Virus record (IMG/VR): IMGVR_UViG_3300016457_001349
DNA from: an uncultured virus (IMG/VR IMGVR_UViG_3300016457_001349)
Lineage: Duplodnaviria > Heunggongvirae > Uroviricota > Caudoviricetes
Strand: one strand, 5' to 3'
DNA: 64,000 bases
In this document: one piece after another, positions 37,176-46,840 of the stretch
How positions within the stretch are numbered: position 1 is the first letter of the stretch
Layout: every line of letters begins with the position of its first letter
Translations under genes and position numbers: made by a program
The notes under the pieces: generated by a model
Told to the model about the DNA's origin: nothing
The model's input: the letters and a program-made list of their open reading frames with translations, nothing else
Databases searched by the model: none

Positions 37176-37847
37176 TTAATACGTTAAGCCTAAATTATCT
37201 TCGCGCTGAGAGCCTCTTATAAAATGATACACAAAAGAATTCTCAGCAAAATCAAATTTTTTGTTAAGCATTCCCAATTTATTCAAAAACTCAAGATCAT
37301 TGGGGTAGGGAAAATAGTTTGAGTTGGGATAACCTCCAACCTCTAAAAAATCTGCCTTCATAAAACCAAGCGGCATAGGAAAGAATCTAGTTTTAATTTT
37401 TCGTCTTTGATACTCTTTAATTTTACTATAAAAGTATTCTCTGTTGAATTCCTTTGGATGATTACCTGCCTCAATCCCATCGTTCAAATAATTTGAATCG
37501 AAAACCTGAGCAACCACAAAAGTATCTTTCCTGATTCTTGAAACCAAATCTACATTCCAATCGGGTGAAAAAGCCATGTCATCGTTTAAAAATACAACCT
37601 TTTCATTAGAAGATAGCTTAACTAGCTCATTAATTTTCTGATAAACCTCATCTGAAGAAGTTCTCATTTTCTTGATGTACCGATATTTTCTTGAGAATTT
37701 ATCGGCTACCTCCTTGACTTCTGGTGTTGCGTTCTTAAATCCTAATAGAATTTCGAAATCGCCATTTGTGAAATTCACCAAATCTTGCAATGTGAATTCA
37801 AGAAATTCAGAAGCGTTGTAAGTTGGAATTATAATACTGAATTTCAT
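37176..37847 (-). CDS. Glycosyltransferase family 2
   Basis: FSIIIPTYN, FLNDDM, FLEVGGY, NDLEF, VYHF. Confidence 0.88.
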   Translation of the reverse strand: MKFSIIIPTYNASEFLEFTLQDLVNFTNGDFEILLGFKNATPEVKEVADKFSRKYRYIKKMRTSSDEVYQKINELVKLSSNEKVVFLNDDMAFSPDWNVDLVSRIRKDTFVVAQVFDSNYLNDGIEAGNHPKEFNREYFYSKIKEYQRRKIKTRFFPMPLGFMKADFLEVGGYPNSNYFPYPNDLEFLNKLGMLNKKFDFAENSFVYHFIRGSQREDNLGLTY

Positions 37848-39445
37848 ATTTTTCCTCCTTTTTTGTCATATATAAAAATATCTTTGGCCTCAAAAATAGA
37901 ATGTAAGTGATTAATAATACTCTTTTTAGAAAGCTGATTTAACTTCCTGAGAACCGCGCTTGAAATCAGTGTCACCTTTTTGGTTTCTTCTATTGGAATA
38001 TTTTGAATTTGTGACATAAAGTCTTCTGAGACCTTTTCAATCTCATTCACCTTGCAAAAGCGAATTTGTGGAACCAAGGCGTCACAATTTAAGGTTTCAA
38101 GCCTTTTCGCCATTCTCTCAAGAAAAAACTGAGGCGGAATCACATCTTCTGTTAAAATTAAAAGATGATAAGAAGGATCAGCCTCGCCAATCGAATTAAG
38201 AAAACGAATTTCAACCTTTTCATTAGAAAGGATTTTCTTGATTTTCTTGATTTTGGTTTCTTTGGTTCCCTCTATGAAAACATTGATGGGCCTTTTAATT
38301 TGAAAGGCCTTGAATTCTCCTTTCAAAATATTTTCAGCCGTTAGTAAAATCTCATCTATGGAAATTAGATTCAAGCACTTAGCCTGAATCATAGATTGAG
38401 ACTCAAGCCTTTCCTTTATTGATGCAAACTCTCTTGAAATGCCTTCAACCGTGGTATTTAATTCCTGGGCTACGACTTGAATTGGAACTCCGGTTTTTTG
38501 TGCCCAAAGAATTCTTTTTTCTCTTTTGCTAAGCGAATCAATTGCTTGTTTTTGCCGGGCCGGACAATATCTTTGAAGAGTGAAACATGGCCTACAAGGT
38601 ATATCAACCTCTAATGGAATTGTGTATTTATAATATTTAACCCTAGTCCAAGAGGGAACAGTTGAATAAAGCGAAATAGAAGGAACGCCTAAAGCTTCAG
38701 CAATATGAGAAAAGCCAGAATCGGCCGAAATAAACAGATTCAGTTTAGAAACTAAGGCAGCGGATTGTCGTAAGGTGCATTTTAGATTACCAATCCTTCC
38801 TTCTTTCGTAAAAATCAGCCATTGATTTCCATCCCAGAACAAAACAATAGCTGAGAATCTTTTTGCTAGTAAGGGTGGTAAAAAATGGGCTGCATAATAA
38901 GTTCTAGCCAGAGAACTTGCAACCATCTGGACGCCAATTCTCGTCTTAAAATCATTCAAAATAGATTCCGCCCAATTTGATTCTTCATCTTTCACCCTAT
39001 AAATTGGTCTTTTCCACTCGTCTGGAATTTTGGTCCAATCTATGTTAACCCAACTAAGATGCATATCTAACCAATGGAAATAGTTGGAATTAACTGAATT
39101 GGCCCAGGGACCTAAATGAAAATTATTGCCACTCTTATTGTTTTCGATAGAATTTTTCATATCAGCATCAAGATCATATTTTCTCTTGAAACTGGAAAGA
39201 GCGGCATATCCATACTTTGTTTTTATTGTATCAACATGTCCAGGTTGAAACCTTTGAATGGGAAACACTTTATCAAAACAATCAAGATTTTCAAATAAGG
39301 GAGCAAGAGTATCTCTTACTGCAAAATCAACCTTGCACTTATAAACTTCTTTGATGATTCTTGCTAATGAAGTGCAAATCATCGAATCCCCAATTCCCCC
39401 GTATCTCTGGATAAGAGCCGATTTAATAGGTTTTGCCATAAACAT
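37844..39445 (-). CDS. Glycosyltransferase family 9 (heptosyltransferase-like) with degenerate C-terminal domain
   Basis: RYGGIGD, FISADSGFSHIAEALGVPSISLY, CRPCF...CP...CL. Confidence 0.88.
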   Translation of the reverse strand: MFMAKPIKSALIQRYGGIGDSMICTSLARIIKEVYKCKVDFAVRDTLAPLFENLDCFDKVFPIQRFQPGHVDTIKTKYGYAALSSFKRKYDLDADMKNSIENNKSGNNFHLGPWANSVNSNYFHWLDMHLSWVNIDWTKIPDEWKRPIYRVKDEESNWAESILNDFKTRIGVQMVASSLARTYYAAHFLPPLLAKRFSAIVLFWDGNQWLIFTKEGRIGNLKCTLRQSAALVSKLNLFISADSGFSHIAEALGVPSISLYSTVPSWTRVKYYKYTIPLEVDIPCRPCFTLQRYCPARQKQAIDSLSKREKRILWAQKTGVPIQVVAQELNTTVEGISREFASIKERLESQSMIQAKCLNLISIDEILLTAENILKGEFKAFQIKRPINVFIEGTKETKIKKIKKILSNEKVEIRFLNSIGEADPSYHLLILTEDVIPPQFFLERMAKRLETLNCDALVPQIRFCKVNEIEKVSEDFMSQIQNIPIEETKKVTLISSAVLRKLNQLSKKSIINHLHSIFEAKDIFIYDKKGGKI

Positions 39446-39473
39446 ATTTAATACCTCCTTTTTAAAATTAAAA

Positions 39474-40121
39474 TTAAAACCATTCTAAGTTGTCCTCAAC
39501 TCCTAAATAAGCCATAAGTTTTTTTAGAAAAACTAACTCTTGTTGTCTTGCTCTTGGATCTAAAAGTTTTTTTCTATTTTTATGGCTCCTTCTAATATCT
39601 TCTAAAGTTCTATCGTGTATTATCTTATATTGACGGTCAACCCAAAATTGGAAGGGACTTTTTATTTCAGGGTATGTATGTAAAGTGGTAGGCCAAACCA
39701 GAGCACCTTTTCTAAAAAGGCGGGGGTGGGGATCATCGCCTAAAATCTCTCTTATATTCTTCCCCTCTACTAAGTTCTCAAAAAAGAACCAAAAAACATC
39801 ATAAGAGGGTTTCAGATCAATTAAATATGGAATTACTGATTTAGTCTTCTTGCTGAGATACTCGTCAGCATCAAGAGCTAAGATCCAAGGTTGAGATGCA
39901 AGAGAATATAAAAAATTTCGCATCGGATCGGCATTCCCTATATTGGGACGCTGAAAAACTTTGATGTTATCTTTTTTCAAAGAACGAATCTCTTCTAAAG
40001 TATTATCAGTTGAGTTTTGGTCGATTATCAGAATTTCTTTAACCTCTGGTAGTGACTGAAGACATCGCTTGATATATTTTTCTTCATTTCTAACAATCAA
40101 ACAAGCACTAATAGGTAACAT
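39474..40121 (-). CDS. Glycosyltransferase family 2 (WaaE/LgtF-like)
   Basis: ISACLIVRNEE, IDQNSTDNT, WILALDADE, PRLFRK, IIH. Confidence 0.9.
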   Translation of the reverse strand: MLPISACLIVRNEEKYIKRCLQSLPEVKEILIIDQNSTDNTLEEIRSLKKDNIKVFQRPNIGNADPMRNFLYSLASQPWILALDADEYLSKKTKSVIPYLIDLKPSYDVFWFFFENLVEGKNIREILGDDPHPRLFRKGALVWPTTLHTYPEIKSPFQFWVDRQYKIIHDRTLEDIRRSHKNRKKLLDPRARQQELVFLKKLMAYLGVEDNLEWF

Positions 40122-40147
40122 TTTAGCCTCCTTTCATTCAAAAAAGA

Positions 40148-40206
40148 GGAGTTGAACAAGATACTCATGGAAAGGAGGCCAAAACCATTTTCTCTTGTTC
40201 AACTCC
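40148..40206 (-). terminator. Intrinsic terminator after the capsid and decoration genes
   Basis: Perfect 14-bp inverted repeat GGAGTTGAACAAGA / TCTTGTTCAACTCC, followed on the - strand by a U-tract. Confidence 0.7.
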
Positions 40207-40216
40207 CCCACCTATT

Positions 40217-40573
40217 TTAGCTAACAGGAACGACAAAAAGAATTACAGAATCGTAACTGGAATAATCATTGGCGGAATGAACCACACCTTTAGTCCCGGT
40301 AGAATGTATGGTATAGCCAGAAACCGCATTAAGGTTAACAGCAGTGCCTCCATTTAACTTGGCCGCTAACCCTCCTAGCACTATATCATCTGTGGAAAGA
40401 ATATTCCCAGAAGTTATAGTACCATACTTAGTCCCACCAGCTACACCAACGGAATAGATTCCGCTTAAACCATTTTCAATCTCATCTATAACAGTCCCGA
40501 GGCCGAAGCCACTTGGACCTTCATTCCAACCAAATCGTTCATCTAATTCAGAAGGATCAAATTGAAAAGCCAT
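40217..40573 (-). CDS. Putative capsid decoration protein
   Basis: Small Gly/Ser/Thr-rich gene directly after the major capsid gene and before the terminator. Confidence 0.6.
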   Translation of the reverse strand: MAFQFDPSELDERFGWNEGPSGFGLGTVIDEIENGLSGIYSVGVAGGTKYGTITSGNILSTDDIVLGGLAAKLNGGTAVNLNAVSGYTIHSTGTKGVVHSANDYSSYDSVILFVVPVS

Positions 40574-40590
40574 TTTAATCTCCTTTTATT

Positions 40591-41826
40591 TTAAGTCAAT
40601 TTTACGTTTCTCATTAAGGATACTACATAATCAGTAGAACCAGTATATAGATAAATGAAATCAAGACGCTGCGTGGTAACAGCCACATTTTGCCCGGTAT
40701 CAATGTCTTCCTTGGTCTTGAAGGTAATCTTGCGTCGATCACCAATTAACCACCCAGGACGATAGACTAAAAGAACAGCACCTAGACTTCCACCGTAAGT
40801 GCCATCGCTCTTCAGGTCATCTCTCATAAAGTCGGAAACGATTATGGGAACACCCATATATTTTCCTAACTCACCGGTAAAAACGATAGCCTTTGGACCA
40901 TATTTGTCAAGAGTCTGAACATTATCGAGTTCACTTAAGAACTGGTTGTAAACTAATGGACTTACAACATAAGCCAATTTGGAAGGATCGATTCCATACT
41001 TTTTCATTTTTGCTCTTTGTTGAGCTAAAAGGGTTTTTGTGATTTTGGAATTCCCGGCATCAACCTGACTGTTGGTCAACATAATCCCGCGTTTTCTCAG
41101 CCCCTTAAACGCCTTACGAACATCATCAGAATCGGTAACATCAGAATCCATGTGGGACGCAGAATCATCGCCATTCACGATTGCATTTTCAACGGCCTCG
41201 GCTAAAGCAGTTATGATATTGTCCCTTACAAAAGGCAGAATGGGAATTAAGGAATCTTCATCGAGTTCTTCAGAAAAAACAACCCGAGCCGCAAGCTTTT
41301 TAGCACTTAACTGCAGATTCCCGGTCGTGGGGGTAGAGGCCTTATATTTAGAGGGCGAATCATTTTTAGCTTCACCCTGCAGATAAACGGTAGCATCCCC
41401 GGTTGCAGTTGGCAAAGTATAAGGATCTCTAGGCATGTCAATTCGCCTAAACAAAGAGGCAACCTTCGTATCCAAACGAACTTTCTTGATCAGATCGGTC
41501 GAAAAGCCAGTAGGAACCCAGTCCCCACCAACACCAGCGGTATCACTCATCGCCTTCTTAATCTCAGAAAATTCTTTTTCGACCTCATTCCACAATCTTA
41601 AATCAGAGACCTTTTTATTTAAAAGAATAGAGGCAATGTAGGCATAATCGGCTGCCTTCTGGAACTCGATAGGCAAATTTTTAGTTTTTTCATCAATTAA
41701 GAACTCGCCCTTTCGAAGAGTAGAGTTGAAATATTGTTTTGCCATCTTAGTTGTTTCTTTTTCTCTTTCACTGAGTTTTTGGATTCCGTTTTCGATGTCT
41801 TTTATGACTTTTAAGATATTATCCAT
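40591..41826 (-). CDS. Major capsid protein, HK97 fold
   Basis: GGDWVPTGFS, KKLAARVVFSEELDEDS, ENAIVNGD, GVPIIVSD; N-terminal coiled-coil delta domain. Confidence 0.95.
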   Translation of the reverse strand: MDNILKVIKDIENGIQKLSEREKETTKMAKQYFNSTLRKGEFLIDEKTKNLPIEFQKAADYAYIASILLNKKVSDLRLWNEVEKEFSEIKKAMSDTAGVGGDWVPTGFSTDLIKKVRLDTKVASLFRRIDMPRDPYTLPTATGDATVYLQGEAKNDSPSKYKASTPTTGNLQLSAKKLAARVVFSEELDEDSLIPILPFVRDNIITALAEAVENAIVNGDDSASHMDSDVTDSDDVRKAFKGLRKRGIMLTNSQVDAGNSKITKTLLAQQRAKMKKYGIDPSKLAYVVSPLVYNQFLSELDNVQTLDKYGPKAIVFTGELGKYMGVPIIVSDFMRDDLKSDGTYGGSLGAVLLVYRPGWLIGDRRKITFKTKEDIDTGQNVAVTTQRLDFIYLYTGSTDYVVSLMRNVKLT

Positions 41827-41840
41827 TTCTTATTCCTCCA

Positions 41841-42782
41841 TCATTCTTTATTTAAGTCTTGAATTAATTGGTTAAGCGAAGAAAGGGCATCTAAGATCTT
41901 GTTTTCTTTTTCCTTCCAACCCTCTTCCAATTCTTTGATTTTTTCCTGAACCTTAGCCTCAACTTTCTTTTCTATATCTTCTTCGTTCGGTTTTGGCTCT
42001 GGATCACCATTTTTCTGAATTTCTGGTTCGTTGTTAGGATCTGCTTCTTTTTTCGGGGCTGGATAAGGATATGGATAAGGGTACGGATAGGGATAAGGAT
42101 AATTCTGCCCTCTTCGCTGAAGCTTACCCATCTCTGTTATGATCTTTTCCACCTCATCTTTTAAGTCATCCTTGACTTTCTGTTTTAACTCTTTCAGCAA
42201 GTCTAGAATTATTTCAATTGCACCCATCTTTTTCTCCTTTTCTTTTTCGTTCTCGTTTTTCTTTACCTCTTTTTTGTTTTTCTCTTCTAGCTCCTTAAAA
42301 GCTTTTTGGACGTACCATCTAATAGATCTAGCATTAGGATTGGCGGGAACGGAAACTAAACTGACCTCCAAAATTCTCATCTTAGTAGCAATAAGAACTT
42401 CACGTCCAACATCTTGATTATATTCCTTTTCGTAGTCTTCGATACAAGCCCTGATGGAAAAGTGATTTAAGATCCCCTCTTTGATTTTAGTCCAAATTTC
42501 AGGAACACTCTTTGAAATCAGAATTTTGACAAAGAGGCCCTCATCTCTGGGCTCAGCTTCTATAACTTTGCCTATTGGCCTATCTACTTCGTGGTTGAAG
42601 AGAACCGTAGAATATTTGAGGAGATCTTTAGCGGCATCTGTATATGCCTCCTTAGAAACTATTTCATATTCAAGGTCAAGGTCGGAGGTGGTAGCAAATC
42701 CCTCCACAATCCAATCGCCATCTTCGTCCATGCTTTTTTCGATTAGAAGAGGAAAATTGAATTTTGGTTTTTCTTTTTCCAT
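41841..42782 (-). CDS. HK97-type prohead protease with scaffold-like C-terminus
   Basis: VEGFATT, VLFNH...PIGK, HFSI, EVSLVSVPANP; (YP)7 tract. Confidence 0.92.
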   Translation of the reverse strand: MEKEKPKFNFPLLIEKSMDEDGDWIVEGFATTSDLDLEYEIVSKEAYTDAAKDLLKYSTVLFNHEVDRPIGKVIEAEPRDEGLFVKILISKSVPEIWTKIKEGILNHFSIRACIEDYEKEYNQDVGREVLIATKMRILEVSLVSVPANPNARSIRWYVQKAFKELEEKNKKEVKKNENEKEKEKKMGAIEIILDLLKELKQKVKDDLKDEVEKIITEMGKLQRRGQNYPYPYPYPYPYPYPAPKKEADPNNEPEIQKNGDPEPKPNEEDIEKKVEAKVQEKIKELEEGWKEKENKILDALSSLNQLIQDLNKE

Positions 42783-42783
42783 T

Positions 42784-45366
42784 TTATTCTCCTGGAAGTT
42801 TTGATCTTTCTATTTCCCAAACATTTTCTTTTTTAGAAAAAGCCCAAAGCCCTCCTAACTTCTTACCCTTAAACTCAACTTTGATAAAGGAGGGTTTTTT
42901 ATCAAATACTTTGAATGAACCAGAATCTAACTTTTCAATCCAACAAGGTGTTTCCTTTGTCGGATTCAGGCGAGTTTTAGGCTTAATTTCACCCTCAGCT
43001 GAAAAATCCTCAGCCTTAACTTTATCCTCATAGCCCGCCGTTTTATTAACTTCTAAAATATTATCATTTAAAACAAATTTAAGTAATTTACCACCAAAAT
43101 CCAACAGAAGATTCCATTGTTCTCTGGACGGACCCTCTCTGATTATGATAGGACCTCTCCAGTATTGATATTGTAAAACAAACTTTCCAGTTGGTAAGGA
43201 TTTAATAAGTTTCAAATCAAGAAATTTTTTTCTGAGTTCCTTCCGAAGTTCCAAAGCCTTTTTTCTGTCGGCAACCTTCCAATACTGAAGTTCTTTTGGA
43301 ACCTTCTTTCTTAGTTCTCTCTGAATTGCCGAAATCCCTTTAGGTGGCAACCATTCTTTTTTGACAGCCCTATTTGAAAGAACATAAGGAGTCTGATCCT
43401 TAGGTCTTATAAAAAACCAAGCAGCCTTACCCTTTGGGCTCTGTCCAACTGGCGGTTCTATTGGTGCTTCAATCTTTTTTTCAAATAGTTGATCTTCTAC
43501 TGATAATATAGCATTTTTCTCAAAAAAATCAAGATTTTTGTTTTCTTCTCTCCAAATATTTTCAAGTTGTCTCATTACATATCTTCCCTTGAGAATCTTG
43601 CCGTGAAAGAAGTATTCATGGACATAGGTTTTTTGCGCAAGATACTCAACCTCGCCCCTATCTATGATTATAAATACTCCAGGGTATTGTTTAGTAGAGC
43701 CTGGCTCGCCCTCTCTTCCGCCGGCTCTTGTAACCCCCTCGAAATCCATCCAGGGCAGGGGTTCTTTAGCTTTAGTTTCACAAAGAACTGATACATTTAC
43801 ATATTTGGAACCTCTTTTTCTCTTAGCCCATTCGCCGCTTAGGGGATTTATTTTCCATAGTTTGGAATTTTTCAAGGCTTCTCTGGCATCTTCCATGGTA
43901 AGAACCGGCTTTTTAAGAACACCCGGCATTTGAACATCAATAGTCCAACCTATTAAATGATCTTTATCGGAACTTTCCATCCTCAAGTCCCAATGAACCG
44001 ACTTTCCTCTGAAGTGGGCTTGAATTACATATTTGTAATTCTTGGATTCATCAGGATAAACTAAATATATATTAGCTGCTTTGAAAATTCCTAAGCTTTT
44101 GAGTTTTTCAGTTGGACCTTCAATTTCCTCAGCGACAAAGAGAAGTTTTGTAATTAAATTTCGAGCCTCATCATAAGAAATCTGTTCTGTTTGAATTGCA
44201 TATAAGAAACTAGGATGGATAAAACCCACTTTATTCAAACCCTTGAAATCAGGAGGAAGTTCAGCTTTTAGAAAAGATGAAAAACCTTTGAAGTCGTTTT
44301 CATTTTCTAAAACTTTCTGGAAAAATGGATTCGAAGTTAGGATTTTACAATGGGATATATTGACAGGCAATACAACTGAATGAGTTAAGATAGCCGTGCC
44401 GGGTTCGATTCTCAAAAATTGAGGATTTTTGATCAGCTTCTCATTCAAAAGGCCGGATTCTTTTCCTATGCTAAGAACGGTTTTGACCGAATCAATGGAA
44501 GCATCTTCATCTAGCTTCTCATAAAATATAGGCTCATATAAATGTACTCTTATTTTTCCGGTCTTATAATTTTTATATAAATTCAAAGAATGAAATCTTA
44601 CTGTAATTTTATCGCCAATATCACATTTTGTTTTAGTATTATAAGTCCGCCCAGCCTTAAGATATTCTTTGCCCTTGACTTCAACTACGCTATTTGGTTC
44701 AACATTATCATTTGGATCAAATTTAATTGCAAAGTAGTAATTGTAAGCCTTTCCATCTTTCGTTCTCTGTTTAGCCCAGACAATTGCATGAATCTCGGCA
44801 TATTTTTTGTATTTAATTAATCCTGTCGTGCTCCCACTTAATGAGTATTTAAAATCTGGAAGTTTCAGCATAGCGCCCTCGGAGGCTGGGGCGTTAGCTA
44901 GTTTATTCAATACAGTTTTAGCTTTTTCTTCAGAATCTACAAAATAGGTCGGAGACAAATTGAGATAAACATCTTTTCTGGGTACACCAATAGTCGATTC
45001 TTTGAAAGGGATTTTCTTGAGATAAAGTAATCTTTCTTCAAAGGGTAAATTGTGAATATCCTTTCCGTCCCAATAAACTATATCAAAAACATTAGCCACT
45101 AAACCTTCGCATTCAGGCGGGCTCTTTTCATGCAAATAACCTGACATGAATTCGCGTCCAAGATGTTCATTGCCCTTCCACTTTTCAATCTCGGCCAATA
45201 AAATTGCAGAGTGAGATTTAAGGATCTCCTTAACTTCCTTGACTATACAGGGAAGCCTTGAGGTAATATCGGAGCCGTCATCAGAAAAAATTAAAACCTT
45301 ATCCTTACCATCATAATGAATAGAAGAGGCTATTCCATCGTACTTTTTCTGTGCATAAAACTTCAT
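42784..45366 (-). CDS. ATP-dependent DNA ligase fused to two LigD 3'-phosphoesterase-like domains
   Basis: Ligase motifs I KKYDG, IIIa VFDIVYWDG, IV EGAMLK, V IKYKK, plus OB region; PE motif YVIQAHFRGKSVHWDLRME; second degenerate copy FVLQYQYWRG...FKGKKLGGLW. Confidence 0.85.
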   Translation of the reverse strand: MKFYAQKKYDGIASSIHYDGKDKVLIFSDDGSDITSRLPCIVKEVKEILKSHSAILLAEIEKWKGNEHLGREFMSGYLHEKSPPECEGLVANVFDIVYWDGKDIHNLPFEERLLYLKKIPFKESTIGVPRKDVYLNLSPTYFVDSEEKAKTVLNKLANAPASEGAMLKLPDFKYSLSGSTTGLIKYKKYAEIHAIVWAKQRTKDGKAYNYYFAIKFDPNDNVEPNSVVEVKGKEYLKAGRTYNTKTKCDIGDKITVRFHSLNLYKNYKTGKIRVHLYEPIFYEKLDEDASIDSVKTVLSIGKESGLLNEKLIKNPQFLRIEPGTAILTHSVVLPVNISHCKILTSNPFFQKVLENENDFKGFSSFLKAELPPDFKGLNKVGFIHPSFLYAIQTEQISYDEARNLITKLLFVAEEIEGPTEKLKSLGIFKAANIYLVYPDESKNYKYVIQAHFRGKSVHWDLRMESSDKDHLIGWTIDVQMPGVLKKPVLTMEDAREALKNSKLWKINPLSGEWAKRKRGSKYVNVSVLCETKAKEPLPWMDFEGVTRAGGREGEPGSTKQYPGVFIIIDRGEVEYLAQKTYVHEYFFHGKILKGRYVMRQLENIWREENKNLDFFEKNAILSVEDQLFEKKIEAPIEPPVGQSPKGKAAWFFIRPKDQTPYVLSNRAVKKEWLPPKGISAIQRELRKKVPKELQYWKVADRKKALELRKELRKKFLDLKLIKSLPTGKFVLQYQYWRGPIIIREGPSREQWNLLLDFGGKLLKFVLNDNILEVNKTAGYEDKVKAEDFSAEGEIKPKTRLNPTKETPCWIEKLDSGSFKVFDKKPSFIKVEFKGKKLGGLWAFSKKENVWEIERSKLPGE

Positions 45367-45578
45367 TTTAAGGCTCCTTGACTATTTTTTCTTTTTCTAA
45401 TTCTTTCTTGAAAGTGTTCACAGGGTTTGAAATCGTTATTTTTAAAAATTTTGTTTGGAAACTTTAAACAGGCAAAATCATTAAGCCATTTTAAACCAGC
45501 ACTTTGAAAATGGATACAATCCCAACAGGTTTTCTCACTCATTTTTTCCTCCTTTTTTTTAAGCATTATCAAAATCAT
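45363..45578 (-). CDS. Small Cys-rich protein
   Basis: CWDCIHF...C...CEHF. Confidence 0.6.
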   Translation of the reverse strand: MILIMLKKKEEKMSEKTCWDCIHFQSAGLKWLNDFACLKFPNKIFKNNDFKPCEHFQERIRKRKNSQGALK

Positions 45579-45897
45579 CGAAAACTACTATCTTTAAAGA
45601 GTTTTCTGTTGGTGCGGTAAGTATGCCGCCAGACATCTCAATTTCAAATTCCCCCCAATAAATTCCAGACTTTCTAAGATCGCCTGAATTCCAATTATAT
45701 TCAACGGTTCCATTCGAATCTAAAATGGTAGCCATTGAAGCTAGATAAAGGGAATTAGTTTGATTCTCTCTTAAATGAAAGAAAACCGTAGCATGAGTTC
45801 CAAAATTAACAACTTCACCTGTATCTGAATATTTTATAACAGCTCTAAGCGCTGGTAAGGTATCGTGTCTTTTATATTTAAGAATAGTCATTTTCAA
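45559..45897 (-). CDS. BppU N-terminal-like Ig-fold virion protein
   Basis: KRHDTLPAL...GTVEYNW..GD...GIYWGEFE. Confidence 0.7.
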   Translation of the reverse strand: MKMTILKYKRHDTLPALRAVIKYSDTGEVVNFGTHATVFFHLRENQTNSLYLASMATILDSNGTVEYNWNSGDLRKSGIYWGEFEIEMSGGILTAPTENSLKIVVFDDFDNA

Positions 45898-46063
45898 TAC
45901 CCGCTATAAAAATTTCTACTATTTTCTTGGTTATATATAATGGGATGAGACTCAATATTGAGGGTGGGATATGATAAATTCTAGATAAAAATCCCTTTGA
46001 GACCAATGGTAAGCCTCGTCCTTTTCTTAAAATTCCTTTTGTAACTATTGAAATGGCTTTCAT
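45878..46063 (-). CDS. Hypothetical protein
   Basis: Tight packing; SIVTKG motif. Confidence 0.5.
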   Translation of the reverse strand: MKAISIVTKGILRKGRGLPLVSKGFLSRIYHIPPSILSLIPLYITKKIVEIFIAGIENDYS

Positions 46064-46638
46064 TAAACCCTCGTTACTTGATAGTGAATACAGTTTCCAT
46101 TATCATAAGTTGCCGACATGTGATACTCGGCAATTTCATTTTGATCCAATTCAAGATCGTCCTTGTTTTCATATATTCTTATTTTACATGAAGTAAGATA
46201 ATTATTATCATATTGTTGGTCATAAATTTTAAAATTTTCTTGCGTCAACCCTAGAACTCTTTTTGTCATAGAACCAAGAACGTCTAGAGAATCAGAAATC
46301 TCGAAAATTTTCTTTTTTGATTGATCTAAAAATAATGTTTCAACACTTATAGTCTCCATGCCATTATAAAGCGCCCGAAAAAGAAGCGTATATTGAGCCG
46401 ATGGTAAAGTTCCAACGTAAATTGAGGTTCCAAAGAACCCTTTTATATTAAACTGTTTTTCTAGCGTAAAGGTTCCATTATTTCCTAATGCTGGGTCTGG
46501 AAATAAAGTTCCAGAATTTTGATCCAATTTAAAAAAATATGCCCAGGCCGAATCTGGCTCGACCGGCTCGCCATTTGAATTTGTAATTCCAATTGATACA
46601 TTGATATAATTTATTCCTTCTCTTACTTCAGCTATCAT
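46063..46638 (-). CDS. Putative virion structural protein
   Basis: Ig-like N-terminus, RVLGLTQEN motif, GT-rich. Confidence 0.55.
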   Translation of the reverse strand: MIAEVREGINYINVSIGITNSNGEPVEPDSAWAYFFKLDQNSGTLFPDPALGNNGTFTLEKQFNIKGFFGTSIYVGTLPSAQYTLLFRALYNGMETISVETLFLDQSKKKIFEISDSLDVLGSMTKRVLGLTQENFKIYDQQYDNNYLTSCKIRIYENKDDLELDQNEIAEYHMSATYDNGNCIHYQVTRV

Positions 46639-46840
46639 TTGAAAAAGTTCCTTGAAGTTCTATTACTTTTGGACAAGAAAGATCACAGTAGCCTTCGGTA
46701 AATCTAAATGGAATTAAAAAATCATCAGAGGTTTTTAGCATAACACAATTAGAAGCTGAAATCGAACCTAAAAGTAAAATTTCACTCTCTTCTATGATAT
46801 AAATTTCTTGATTATGATAGGGACAGAAAACTTTTCTCAT
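46628..46840 (-). CDS. Small Cys-containing hypothetical protein
   Basis: CPYH...C...CDLSCP; tight packing. Confidence 0.5.
   Translation of the reverse strand: MRKVFCPYHNQEIYIIEESEILLLGSISASNCVMLKTSDDFLIPFRFTEGYCDLSCPKVIELQGTFSNDS

Noticed and set aside
36403..40121. Host LPS biosynthesis operon fragment or assembly chimera
   Set aside because: The genes are co-oriented, tightly coupled to the flanking virion genes and similar in composition, so they appear to be part of the phage late operon.
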